Of a stretch of 64,000 bases of DNA, positions 29,643-38,818 are shown in pieces. The stretch comes from Candidatus Omnitrophota bacterium (GTDB lineage Bacteria > Omnitrophota > Gorgyraeia > JABMRG01 > JAFGKX01), in the NCBI GenBank assembly GCA_043797125.1, contig JAZDPX010000023.1, positions 67,098-131,097 of the forward strand, written 5' to 3'. Each line of letters starts with the position of its first letter. Position 1 is the first letter of the stretch. The notes beneath the pieces were generated by a model. It saw only the letters and a program-made list of their open reading frames with translations, was not told the origin of the DNA and ran no database searches. Both the position numbers and the translations under genes were made by a program.

Positions 29643-31094
29643 ATGAAATTTTTTAATTTTTTTAAGAAAAAGTTTTCAAAGCCAAAAAACGAAATCAGAA
29701 AACCTTTTGGCGAAACGGCGCAGGAGCCTCCAAAGGAAATTGTCAAAAGCCCAGAACCACCAAAAGAAAAACCCTCGCCTCTGAAGGGGAAAATAACCCA
29801 GGTCCTTATGAAGCTGCAGCCAAAGAAAAAGGCGCCGACGCAGCAAAAAGAGCCGGCCAGGCCCCTCCCAAAGAGCCCGAAAAAGTTATTCGCCGCCAAA
29901 TTTAAACCCAGCAAGATGAAGCTTATGCTTCTCTTGGTTGTGTCCGCGATATTTTTAGCAGGGCTTGCCCTTAGAATTATTCCGATATACGTGCCTAAGG
30001 TTATTTCCGGCATCAAAGGAATAAAGGCGAAGGCCCAACAGCAGGAACTTGTAACCGCTCCGGAAGAAGCGGCCGAAGAGGTAGCTTCCGTAAAGGTCTA
30101 CAGGGTGGCGAAGGTGGACTTTATCGACATTTTGCCCGCGATGGGCACGGTAAAAGGCGACAGGGAGGTGGAACTGCGTTTTTCCGCCAACGGCATAATT
30201 GATTCAATTAATTTTTACGAAGGCGATATTATAAAAAAGGGCGATATCATCGCTACGCTGGACCAGAAAGAAGTATTGCTGAAGTTAGAATACGCTAAAA
30301 GCAAGCTAAAAACAGCGGAAGTGGCGGAAATGAGCTCGGAGAAAAAATTAGAGGTGCATAAAAACCTTTTCGAGCAGGGTATTATTATAGAATCAAAGCT
30401 GGATGAGGCCAGGTTAGAATATGAAAGCGATAAAACAAAAGTTGTCTCGGCTCAGAAAGAGGTGGAGTTTTCGCTGTCGGAGCTTGACAAAACGTATTTG
30501 TACGCTCCCATGGACGGAGTGATGGGGACAAGGGACGCGGAAGTCGGCGAGTTTGTCACATCCAATGTTAAAATCGCCAGCATATATGATGTTGATTATA
30601 TTTTGGTGGAATTCGGGGTAATAGAAAAAGACGTAAACAGAATAGCCTTAGGGCAGGAAGTCAAAGCGAATGTGGATACTTATCCCGGGGTTGATTTCGC
30701 CGGCAGCGTCGATAATGTTGCCCCGATAATAGAAGGTAAATCCAGGACGCTTACGGTAAAGGCAAGGCTTAAAAATGATAATCCGAAAGGGACGCTTCTG
30801 CCCGGAATGTTTGCCAGGGTCTGGGTATCCGTCTACGAAAAGAAGGACGTCATAAAGGCCCCGTCCGAATGCCTGTATGATTTGGACAATAACGGGGAAT
30901 TCGATTCTGTGTATGTTGTCGATGAAAACAATATTGCGCATGTAAGGCCTATAAAGATCGGCTATATAACTACGGATTTTGTGGAGATAACAGACGGGCT
31001 TAAAGAGGCAGAGCAGATTGTTTCCGAGGCGATGGCGGAATTGAAGGATGGCTCTAAGGTTGAAATCGTAGAGACGCAGGAAGCGCTGTTTTGA
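29643..31094 (+). CDS. RND periplasmic adaptor (MFP) with long K/P-rich N-terminal extension
   Basis: ANGIID...EGDIIKKGDIIATLD, LYAPMDGV, LLPGMFARV, VEITDGL. Confidence 0.92.
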   Translation: MKFFNFFKKKFSKPKNEIRKPFGETAQEPPKEIVKSPEPPKEKPSPLKGKITQVLMKLQPKKKAPTQQKEPARPLPKSPKKLFAAKFKPSKMKLMLLLVVSAIFLAGLALRIIPIYVPKVISGIKGIKAKAQQQELVTAPEEAAEEVASVKVYRVAKVDFIDILPAMGTVKGDREVELRFSANGIIDSINFYEGDIIKKGDIIATLDQKEVLLKLEYAKSKLKTAEVAEMSSEKKLEVHKNLFEQGIIIESKLDEARLEYESDKTKVVSAQKEVEFSLSELDKTYLYAPMDGVMGTRDAEVGEFVTSNVKIASIYDVDYILVEFGVIEKDVNRIALGQEVKANVDTYPGVDFAGSVDNVAPIIEGKSRTLTVKARLKNDNPKGTLLPGMFARVWVSVYEKKDVIKAPSECLYDLDNNGEFDSVYVVDENNIAHVRPIKIGYITTDFVEITDGLKEAEQIVSEAMAELKDGSKVEIVETQEALF

Positions 31095-31462
31095 AAAAGA
31101 ATATACTATTTACCATAGCAGGCCTGATTTTATTTTTAGCCGTCATATTTTTTTTAAAATATCCCCCGCAAACCGATAAAAGTAACCAGTTTAACCCCGC
31201 GGCAAAAACGCTTTGCGAATCAGCGGTTTCGTATATGGAAAAGGGTGATTTTACAATTGCGATCGAGAATTTAAAAAAGGCAATAAAAATAGACCCTAGG
31301 TATCCTAAGCCGGAATACGCCCTGGCGGTTTGTTACCTCCGCATGGAGCCGCCGGATTTAAATGCGGCAAAAGAGCATTATGAGAAATCAAAAGGGCTGG
31401 GTTATCATCCGCCGGAATGGTTCGAAAGGCATTTGAGGAAACTGGAAGGAAAAGAAAAGTAA
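31091..31462 (+). CDS. Small membrane-anchored TPR protein
   Basis: N-terminal TM; TPR AIENLKKAIKIDPRYPKPEYALA; overlaps the MFP stop. Confidence 0.8.
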   Translation: MKKNILFTIAGLILFLAVIFFLKYPPQTDKSNQFNPAAKTLCESAVSYMEKGDFTIAIENLKKAIKIDPRYPKPEYALAVCYLRMEPPDLNAAKEHYEKSKGLGYHPPEWFERHLRKLEGKEK

Positions 31463-31471
31463 AACAAAACA

Positions 31472-34400
31472 ATGGCGCTGCCTGATTTTGCGGTAAAAAG
31501 GCCGGTTACCACGGCCATGATTTTTTTATTTACGCTGCTTTTAGGGGTTATATCCTTAAGCCGGCTGCCTCAGGAATTGTACCCTCCGATAACATATCCT
31601 CAATTAACAATAGTCACATTTTATAAAGATGCCGCGCCCGAAGAGATGGAGATACTGATAACGAAGAAGGTCGAGGAGGCGGCCGGCACGGTAAGCGGAG
31701 TGCGCCGCATAAACTCAACATCAAAAGAAGAACTGTCTTTAGTTATAGCCGAATTTTCCTGGGGCACGGATATGGATTTTGCGGGCTTGGGGGTGCGCGA
31801 AAAGATAGACCTGATCAAGGAGTCCCTGCCAAGAGGCTGCGAAGACCCGGTTGTGATGAAATATAACCCGTTTGAGCTCCCCGTCGTAGTTTTGAACATA
31901 ACAGGAGAAGATATCGCCCCGGGAGATCTGCAACACACCGTAAGAAACATTATTAAAAATGAGCTGGAAAAAGCCGACGGCGTTGCGTCGGTCAACATCT
32001 TAGGCGGCGCGACAAGGGAAATTTTGGTTGAAGTAAACCAGGATAAAATGATGTCCAAAGGCCTCGCAATCACGGATATAACAGAGGCCCTGAATAAGGC
32101 CAACTTGAATTACCCGGCAGGGACGGTGGAAGAGCAATTTTACGAATACCTTATAAGGACAATGGGCGAATTTAAAGTGGTTCCGGAAATAAAAGAAGTG
32201 GTTGTCGGCATAGACGACAGGACAAAAAAAGACAGATTCCAGGAATACGGACAGGAAGACCAGAAGGAGAAACAGGAACGCAGCGTCCAGAATAAACGCC
32301 TTATAATGTTAAAAGAAATAGCGGCCATAAAAGACACTTTCAAGGAAAAAACCTCCGTATCCAGGTATAACCAAAAAGACAGCATATCCATCTCAATTCA
32401 AAAGCAGGCAGGCACAAATACCGTCGCGGTCGCCAACAGCATAAAGGGAGTTTTAAAGCAGCTCAAAGAAATGCTGCCTGCCGGCATAAAGATAAATCTT
32501 GTCTATGACCAGTCTAAGTTTATAAAAGGGGCTATAGCCGGGGTAGGGGATGCGGCGTGGCAGGGCGGCATATTGGCCTTTTTGGTATTGTATTTTTTCT
32601 TAAGGAATTTTTGGAGTTCGTTCATAGTAACCCTTAATATCCCCATTTCGATTATGGTTACTTTCGCCCTTATGTATTTCAGCGGCATTACGTTGAATAT
32701 GATATCTTTAGGAGGCCTTGCGTTAGGCGTAGGCATGCTGGTGGATGCCGGCATCGTTGTAATAGAAAATATATATAGGCATACCCAGGAAGGCAAAAGT
32801 TCGAAAGAGGCAAGCATATACGGCACAAACGAAGTCGCAGGGGCGATAGCGGGTTCTATCCTGACCACAATAGCGGTTTTTTTGCCGATGATATTTGTGA
32901 TAGGAATAGCCGGGCAGTTGTTTAAGGAGCTGGCCTTTACCGTAACATTTTCTCTTTTGGCTTCATGGGCAGTGTCTTTGACGCTTATGCCGCTTTTCGC
33001 TTCCCGCCAACGGCGCATACCTGAAGTTGAAAAAACCAAGAATCAGACAGGGGCGTTGGTTAACATCCTTGACAACATACACAAATTAAACGATAAGGCG
33101 CTTCTTATCTTTTTAAACCACAAAGCAATTGCCCTGACAGCCGTATTTTTTATATTTTTAACAGCCTGTGTTTTATTGCCGTTTATAGATAAGGAATTAT
33201 TACCGCGCGTAGACCAAGGGCAATTTATAATAAAGCTTAATATGCCCCCAGGCACGAAACTCGAGACCACAGATTCGGTGGCGAAGAAAATAGAAAATAG
33301 TTTATTTGATTGCACGGAGGTTAAAGAAGTAACGGTGAGCATAGGTTCCAGCAAGGAAAAAAAAGGCGAACAGCTGCTTGAAACTATGGGGCCGCATCAG
33401 GGGCAGATAATAGTTACGTTAAAACCAAAAGCCCGCCTGGGCAGAACCGGAGCGGGGTATCGCACAAAATCCACTTCACAGGTTGTGCAGAGGCTAAAAA
33501 GTTCGCTTAGCGGGCAAAATCTGTCGGGCGCGGACGTTAATTATATATTGCAGGAGAGCATCTTCGGCGGGGCATTTCAGTCGGGTAAGCCGATTGTGAT
33601 AGAGGTTAAGGGGCAGGAAATAGCGAAACTAAAGGAAATTTGTGACGAGATAAAAACAGAATTAAAAAGAATAACCGGCCTTTACGGGATAGAAGACGAC
33701 CTTGTTCCCGCCTCCCCCGAAATCAAAGCGAATGTGAACAAAGAAAAGGCCTCTAACTACAATCTTTCAGTAAGCGATATAGCGTTGACGGCGCAGACCG
33801 CGGTCAAGGGTTATACGGCCACCAAATTTAAACAGGAAGGAAGAGAGATAGATATAACCGTAAGGCTAAGAGAAAAAGACCGCAATAGAATGGAAAAGGT
33901 AAGGCGGCTAAGCCTGCATTCGCCGTTGGGTATGGATGTGCCTTTGGCCGAAGTCGCGTATTTAACAAAGGGCACAGGCCCTACGGAAATAAAAAGGCTG
34001 GATCAGCAAAGAACCGTCTTGATAACCGCCAGCATACTTAACAGAAGTTTTAACGAGGCATCTTCGGATGTTGAATCTGCGCTGAAAAAAATAAAAACCC
34101 ATCGCGGGTATTCGGTAGAATTAACCGGCGAAAAACAGGAAATGCGGGAATCATTCAGCAGCTTAATGTTCGCGCTGATACTTTCGGTTGTTTTGGTTTA
34201 CATGATTATGGCCGCGCAATTCGAATCTCTGTGGCAGCCGGTTATTATAATGTTTACCATACCATTGTCCCTGATAGGCGTCATACTGGTGCTTTTTGTG
34301 ACCCATACCCCCATAAACGCGATGGTTATTCTTGGCGTTATTATATTAGGCGGCGTAGTGGTGGATAACGCCATCGTGCTTATAGATTATGTAAATACAC

Positions 34401-35053
34401 TTAGAAAAGAAGGGCTGCCTGTTTATGAAGCCTTGGTTAAAGCAAGCCATACAAGGCTCAGGCCGATTCTTATGACTTCGCTTACGACAATTTTCGGCCT
34501 GATACCTCTTGGCCTCGGAATAGGCGAGGGCGCGGAGCTGCAGCGGCCCATGGCCATAACGATTATGGGAGGCCTTACAGTGGCCACCTTTTTCTCTTTA
34601 GTCGTAATTCCCACTTTATACCTGAGCTTTGAGGGCATCGGAGCAAGGTTTAGAAGGCCGCAGCCAGTTGTAGAAGCGGCGGAAGAAAAGCCTTCCGAAC
34701 CCATGCCCATGGAAATAAAACCTCCGCAGAAATTTGAAATACTTCTGCCTCCGAAAGAAGAGCCAAAAAAGCTAATAGAACTTCCTCCACCGGCAAAAGA
34801 AACACCGACGCCCGCTACCGCAGAAAGAGGCGGCATTCCAGTTGAAATATGGAATTCCTTAACAACAAGGCAGCAGGAGTTGGTAGAATATTTAAGGAAG
34901 AACCTTAAGGTTACAAGAAAACAATATTCTGATATCTTCAATATTTCCATACCCACCGCAGCCAGAGACCTGAAATTCCTTACGGACAGCAATATCCTGG
35001 AATTTAAGGGCCCGGCAGGGCCTGGCAGATATTATATGCTTAAAGGACTTTGA
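31472..35053 (+). CDS. RND efflux permease (AcrB/MdtBC-like) with C-terminal winged HTH
   Basis: AVKRPV, GMLVD, RLRPILMT; about 140 extra residues forming a Pro/Glu linker + wHTH. Confidence 0.93.
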   Translation: MALPDFAVKRPVTTAMIFLFTLLLGVISLSRLPQELYPPITYPQLTIVTFYKDAAPEEMEILITKKVEEAAGTVSGVRRINSTSKEELSLVIAEFSWGTDMDFAGLGVREKIDLIKESLPRGCEDPVVMKYNPFELPVVVLNITGEDIAPGDLQHTVRNIIKNELEKADGVASVNILGGATREILVEVNQDKMMSKGLAITDITEALNKANLNYPAGTVEEQFYEYLIRTMGEFKVVPEIKEVVVGIDDRTKKDRFQEYGQEDQKEKQERSVQNKRLIMLKEIAAIKDTFKEKTSVSRYNQKDSISISIQKQAGTNTVAVANSIKGVLKQLKEMLPAGIKINLVYDQSKFIKGAIAGVGDAAWQGGILAFLVLYFFLRNFWSSFIVTLNIPISIMVTFALMYFSGITLNMISLGGLALGVGMLVDAGIVVIENIYRHTQEGKSSKEASIYGTNEVAGAIAGSILTTIAVFLPMIFVIGIAGQLFKELAFTVTFSLLASWAVSLTLMPLFASRQRRIPEVEKTKNQTGALVNILDNIHKLNDKALLIFLNHKAIALTAVFFIFLTACVLLPFIDKELLPRVDQGQFIIKLNMPPGTKLETTDSVAKKIENSLFDCTEVKEVTVSIGSSKEKKGEQLLETMGPHQGQIIVTLKPKARLGRTGAGYRTKSTSQVVQRLKSSLSGQNLSGADVNYILQESIFGGAFQSGKPIVIEVKGQEIAKLKEICDEIKTELKRITGLYGIEDDLVPASPEIKANVNKEKASNYNLSVSDIALTAQTAVKGYTATKFKQEGREIDITVRLREKDRNRMEKVRRLSLHSPLGMDVPLAEVAYLTKGTGPTEIKRLDQQRTVLITASILNRSFNEASSDVESALKKIKTHRGYSVELTGEKQEMRESFSSLMFALILSVVLVYMIMAAQFESLWQPVIIMFTIPLSLIGVILVLFVTHTPINAMVILGVIILGGVVVDNAIVLIDYVNTLRKEGLPVYEALVKASHTRLRPILMTSLTTIFGLIPLGLGIGEGAELQRPMAITIMGGLTVATFFSLVVIPTLYLSFEGIGARFRRPQPVVEAAEEKPSEPMPMEIKPPQKFEILLPPKEEPKKLIELPPPAKETPTPATAERGGIPVEIWNSLTTRQQELVEYLRKNLKVTRKQYSDIFNISIPTAARDLKFLTDSNILEFKGPAGPGRYYMLKGL

Positions 35054-35055
35054 CC

Positions 35056-38000
35056 ATGGGCCTTCCGCAAGTTTCCGTCAACCGGCCTGTAACCATATTA
35101 ATGATATTCTCGGCAGTTATTATGGTCGGGACTATCGGCCTTCTGCATTTGCCTATCGAACTTCTACCGAATTTTAGTTTCGGCGACATATCTATTTTTA
35201 TAAATATACGCGGCGGAATACCGCCGGAAGAAGTAGAAGCCCAGGTAAGCGTGCCCATAGAAGATGCCGTAGGCAGCGTAAGCCACCTGCGAGACTTGGT
35301 CTCCATATCGGAAGAGGGACAGTCAAGAGTTGTAATGCGATTTGAGCCGGGCATAAACATGGATTACGCCGCCTTAGAGGTGAGAGAAAAATTCGGCAGG
35401 ATAAGAAGCAAGCTCCCAAAACAGATAGAAAAGCCCGTCATAGCCAAATTTGAGCAGCAGGATTACCCTATCCTGATAACCGCTGTTACCGGCGGAATAA
35501 ACTACACGCCGGAGGCGCTAAGAAAGATAGTTGACGAGACCATAAAAGAACAGATATTACGGGTTGAGGGCGTCGCCAATGTTGACGTAGGGGGAGGCAG
35601 AGAGCGCAAAATTTTAGTGGAGGTTGACCAGACGAAACTTCAGGCCTACAGGCTGCCCATAGGCAAAGTAATAAATGCCTTAAATTTGAATAACCTCGAT
35701 TTGCTTTTAGGGGAACTTGAAAGAAAGAGGGATAAATACCTTATACGCGTCCTGGGCGGCTTCAGGAATATCGATGATATAAAGTCTGTCGGCGTGGCGA
35801 CTACGCCGAGCGGCTCTATCATTAAAGTCAGCGACGTAGCAGAGGTCAAAGATTCGTATCTTGAGGCAACCAGTTATGCGAGGGTCAATGTGTTGCCCGT
35901 AGTATCTTTATATATTCAAAAAGAATCGCAGGCAAACACAGTCGAGGTGATAAGAAAGATACAAAAAGTAAAGGAAGCCCTGACATTCGGCGTGCTTGAT
36001 AAAAGAATTAGGTTGATAGATACTTACAACCAGGCCAACTCAATAATCCAGGCTATTGACGGCGTAAAGACGAGCTTGATATATGGGGCATTTTTGGCCA
36101 TTCTGGTGCTGTGGTTATTTTTGAGGGATGCCCGCTCTACCTTTATTATCGCTACGGCCATTCCCATTTCGGTTATCGGCACTTTTATCCTTATGTTTTT
36201 TCAGAAGATAACATTGAATGTTATGACATTAAGCGGCCTGGCTATCGGCGTGGGCATGCTTGTCGATAATGCCATTGTGGTATTGGAGAATATATCGACG
36301 CTGAAGGAAAAAGCCGTAGAGAGGGTAAAGGCATCGATAGACGGCTGCCAAGAGATGACCCTGGCCATTGTAGCCTCTACCCTGACTACAGTCGTTGTGT
36401 TTTTGCCGATCGTCTTTGTAAATAAAGAGATACGCATTCTATACAGCGGCCTGGCATTTACAGTAGCCTATTCTTTATTAGCCTCTTTGATCGTCGCGCT
36501 TACCCTTGTGCCTATGTTATCGGCGCGGCTGCCCGCCTTGCGTTTGATCAGGCGCAAGAGTCCGCCGCGGGCAAAAAGGCGGTTACGCGCTAAAACCTTC
36601 CTGACATTTTTCAAAAGGGCGTATCGTAAAATGCTGGCAGGCGCGTTAAGGTGGCGTTATATACTGCTCGCGGTTGCATTTTGTATTTTTGCCGTAGCGG
36701 TTTTTTTAATAGTATTTAAGATTGACAAGGAATTTGTGGGCACAACCGAACAGCAGGATTTTACCATATTTATAGAATTGCCGACGGGAGCAAAATTAGA
36801 CATTTCCGACAAGGCGGTAAAGGGCGTTGAGGAGATATTGCAGACGATCCCAGAGATTAAGCAGTTTTCATCCAGGGTCGAAAAATGGTCGTCCAAGGTT
36901 TATTGTAAATTGGTCCCAATGGGGCAACGTTCGCGTTCCACAAAAGACATTATAGACGATTTAAGGACCAGGATAGAGGACGTGGAAAGAAAATACAGAG
37001 AGGCATTCATATATTTTGAAGAGCCGCAGGAAGTCGAGACAAACGAGATTATTGTCGAGATATTCGGTTATGATTACAAGGTCCTGAATGAGCTCGCGAT
37101 AGAGATGCTTACCAAGATGCAGTCCGTGGACGGCCTGGTTGATTTGAAAATTAGATGGAGAAAAGGTCGCCCCGAATGGTGGATTATGGTAAACAGGCAG
37201 AAGGCGGCGCTGTATGGTTTTTCCGTCGACGAAATTGCCAATACCGTCCACGCCCAGATGAGGGGCCTAAGGGCTACGTTATATCATACCGAAGGCAAGG
37301 AAGTTGAAGTTATCGCGAGACTGCAGGAGAAAGACCGCCGCACGCTGGATGCCTTGCGTAAGCTTACCATGATAAGGCAGGACGGGACGGCGGTTTATCT
37401 TGATCAGATGGTGGATTTCTCGCCGGATATGGGCCCGAGCAAAATATGGAGAAAAAATAAATCCAGGATGATTCAGATAAGCGCAAACAGGGGAAGGCTC
37501 GCGTTCGGAACAGCGGCGCAAAAGATTAAAAAGGCGCTGGCTGATATGAAAATGCCGAAGGATTATTATTATAGCTTCGGGGAGAATTACTGGAGAATGA
37601 TACAGAATCAAAAGGAACTTATGTTTGCCCTCAGCCTCACTATTGTATTGATCTATCTGGTGCTGGCTTCCTTATTCGAGTCATACGCGCAGCCGTTTAT
37701 CATAATGATAACAGTTCCGTTAGCGGCTATCGGTGTCTCGGCAGCTTTGCTTATCACTAAAAAGACAATAAACGTCGGTATGCTAATGGGCGCAATTATG
37801 CTCGGGGGAATAGTGGTGAATAATGCAATTATACTTGTCGATTATATTAACCGGTTAAGAGAAAAAAAGATAGCGTTTTTAAAGTGTATTTTGAAGGCCT
37901 CGCAGGACAGGCTAAGGCCTATTATGATGACCACCGGCACAACTGTTTTAGGGCTTCTTCCTATGGCAATGGATAAAAGCGAACAAGCCAACCTTTGGTC

Positions 38001-38136
38001 ACCGCTGGCTATAACTGTTATGGGCGGACTTATTAGCTCAACAGCATTAACCTTATTTATAGTTCCTGGTATGTACCTAATTTTCGGTGATATCGGCAGA
38101 TATATCTCGTTTAATACAAAGAAGTTATGGAAATGA
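35056..38136 (+). CDS. Second RND efflux permease
   Basis: SVNRPV, GMLVDNAIVVLEN, GIVVNNAII, RLRPIMMT; ATG 35056 after AAGGA. Confidence 0.95.
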   Translation: MGLPQVSVNRPVTILMIFSAVIMVGTIGLLHLPIELLPNFSFGDISIFINIRGGIPPEEVEAQVSVPIEDAVGSVSHLRDLVSISEEGQSRVVMRFEPGINMDYAALEVREKFGRIRSKLPKQIEKPVIAKFEQQDYPILITAVTGGINYTPEALRKIVDETIKEQILRVEGVANVDVGGGRERKILVEVDQTKLQAYRLPIGKVINALNLNNLDLLLGELERKRDKYLIRVLGGFRNIDDIKSVGVATTPSGSIIKVSDVAEVKDSYLEATSYARVNVLPVVSLYIQKESQANTVEVIRKIQKVKEALTFGVLDKRIRLIDTYNQANSIIQAIDGVKTSLIYGAFLAILVLWLFLRDARSTFIIATAIPISVIGTFILMFFQKITLNVMTLSGLAIGVGMLVDNAIVVLENISTLKEKAVERVKASIDGCQEMTLAIVASTLTTVVVFLPIVFVNKEIRILYSGLAFTVAYSLLASLIVALTLVPMLSARLPALRLIRRKSPPRAKRRLRAKTFLTFFKRAYRKMLAGALRWRYILLAVAFCIFAVAVFLIVFKIDKEFVGTTEQQDFTIFIELPTGAKLDISDKAVKGVEEILQTIPEIKQFSSRVEKWSSKVYCKLVPMGQRSRSTKDIIDDLRTRIEDVERKYREAFIYFEEPQEVETNEIIVEIFGYDYKVLNELAIEMLTKMQSVDGLVDLKIRWRKGRPEWWIMVNRQKAALYGFSVDEIANTVHAQMRGLRATLYHTEGKEVEVIARLQEKDRRTLDALRKLTMIRQDGTAVYLDQMVDFSPDMGPSKIWRKNKSRMIQISANRGRLAFGTAAQKIKKALADMKMPKDYYYSFGENYWRMIQNQKELMFALSLTIVLIYLVLASLFESYAQPFIIMITVPLAAIGVSAALLITKKTINVGMLMGAIMLGGIVVNNAIILVDYINRLREKKIAFLKCILKASQDRLRPIMMTTGTTVLGLLPMAMDKSEQANLWSPLAITVMGGLISSTALTLFIVPGMYLIFGDIGRYISFNTKKLWK

Positions 38137-38154
38137 TACGGTTATGATACGGTT
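38131..38154 (+). promoter_or_regulatory. Tandem 11-bp direct-repeat motif, copy 3
   Basis: AAATGATACGGTTATGATACGGTT, overlapping the stop of the second RND gene. Confidence 0.65.
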
Positions 38155-38162
38155 GTAGCTCG

Positions 38163-38386
38163 TAAGCCATTCCCGTAAAAACACGCTCCAGATTTGGGCA
38201 AAACTATAGTCGTTCGGCCGGGGCCCCTCCGAAATTCCCTCGTGGGTTTTTACAGAGAAGAAGTCCTCGGTCAGTTTCGGTGTCCCCAGCCTGCCTGCCT
38301 GACGGTAGGCAGGCACTCCTATGTTTTGCCTACAACCAAAACTAGCAAGCCAAATCTTCCGCTATTGTTTTTACGGGAATGGCTTA
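38163..38386. mobile_element. MITE-like element, 224 bp, perfect 21-bp terminal inverted repeats
   Basis: TAAGCCATTCCCGTAAAAACA / TGTTTTTACGGGAATGGCTTA; internal IRs; no transposase. Confidence 0.75.
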
Positions 38387-38449
38387 TTCGCTTTGGGTGC
38401 AAAAGATTTGGAAAATTTTTTTATGTCTCGCTCACAATGCCCCTTCGCT

Positions 38450-38497
38450 GTCATTCCCGCGAAACCTGTCCCCGCGAAAAAGGGGAGCGAGGATGAC
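38450..38497. repeat. REP-like element with a nested palindromic insert
   Basis: GTCATTCCCGCGAAA[CCTGTCCCCGCGAAAAAGGGGA]GCGAGGATGAC. Confidence 0.6.
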
Positions 38498-38520
38498 AAG
38501 CTGTTGCTTGTACTTTTTTA

Positions 38521-38694
38521 TTGACAATATAATTATTATATATATAATATGAATAGATAAGCTTCATTATCGAGCGAATCACATTCGCTTTAATTGTTTG
38601 TAATTGTCAGGAGTAGCGCAGAAGACAAACACATCAGAAAAATTATCCAAATTAAGCTCGGAACCTTGACTTTTCTAGTTAAATATGTTATACT
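38521..38694 (+). promoter_or_regulatory. Two candidate sigma70 promoters of the giant gene
   Basis: TTGACA(38521)-16-TATAAT(38543) and TTGACT(38666)-17-TATACT(38689, with TGn). Confidence 0.55.
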
Positions 38695-38818
38695 TACTAC
38701 GGGACTTAAAAAAGCATTTAATAATAAATAAAAAAATATGAAATAAAGACGATAAAACAATTTTCCATCTTCCACAATAAAGAAATAAATTTAGTCTCCT
38801 AAGGGGGTTAGGGGCAAA

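Noticed and set aside
38194-38524. ORFs 38194..38496, 38321..38524 and 38125..38316
   Set aside because: They run through the MITE and REP-like palindromes and have no protein features.
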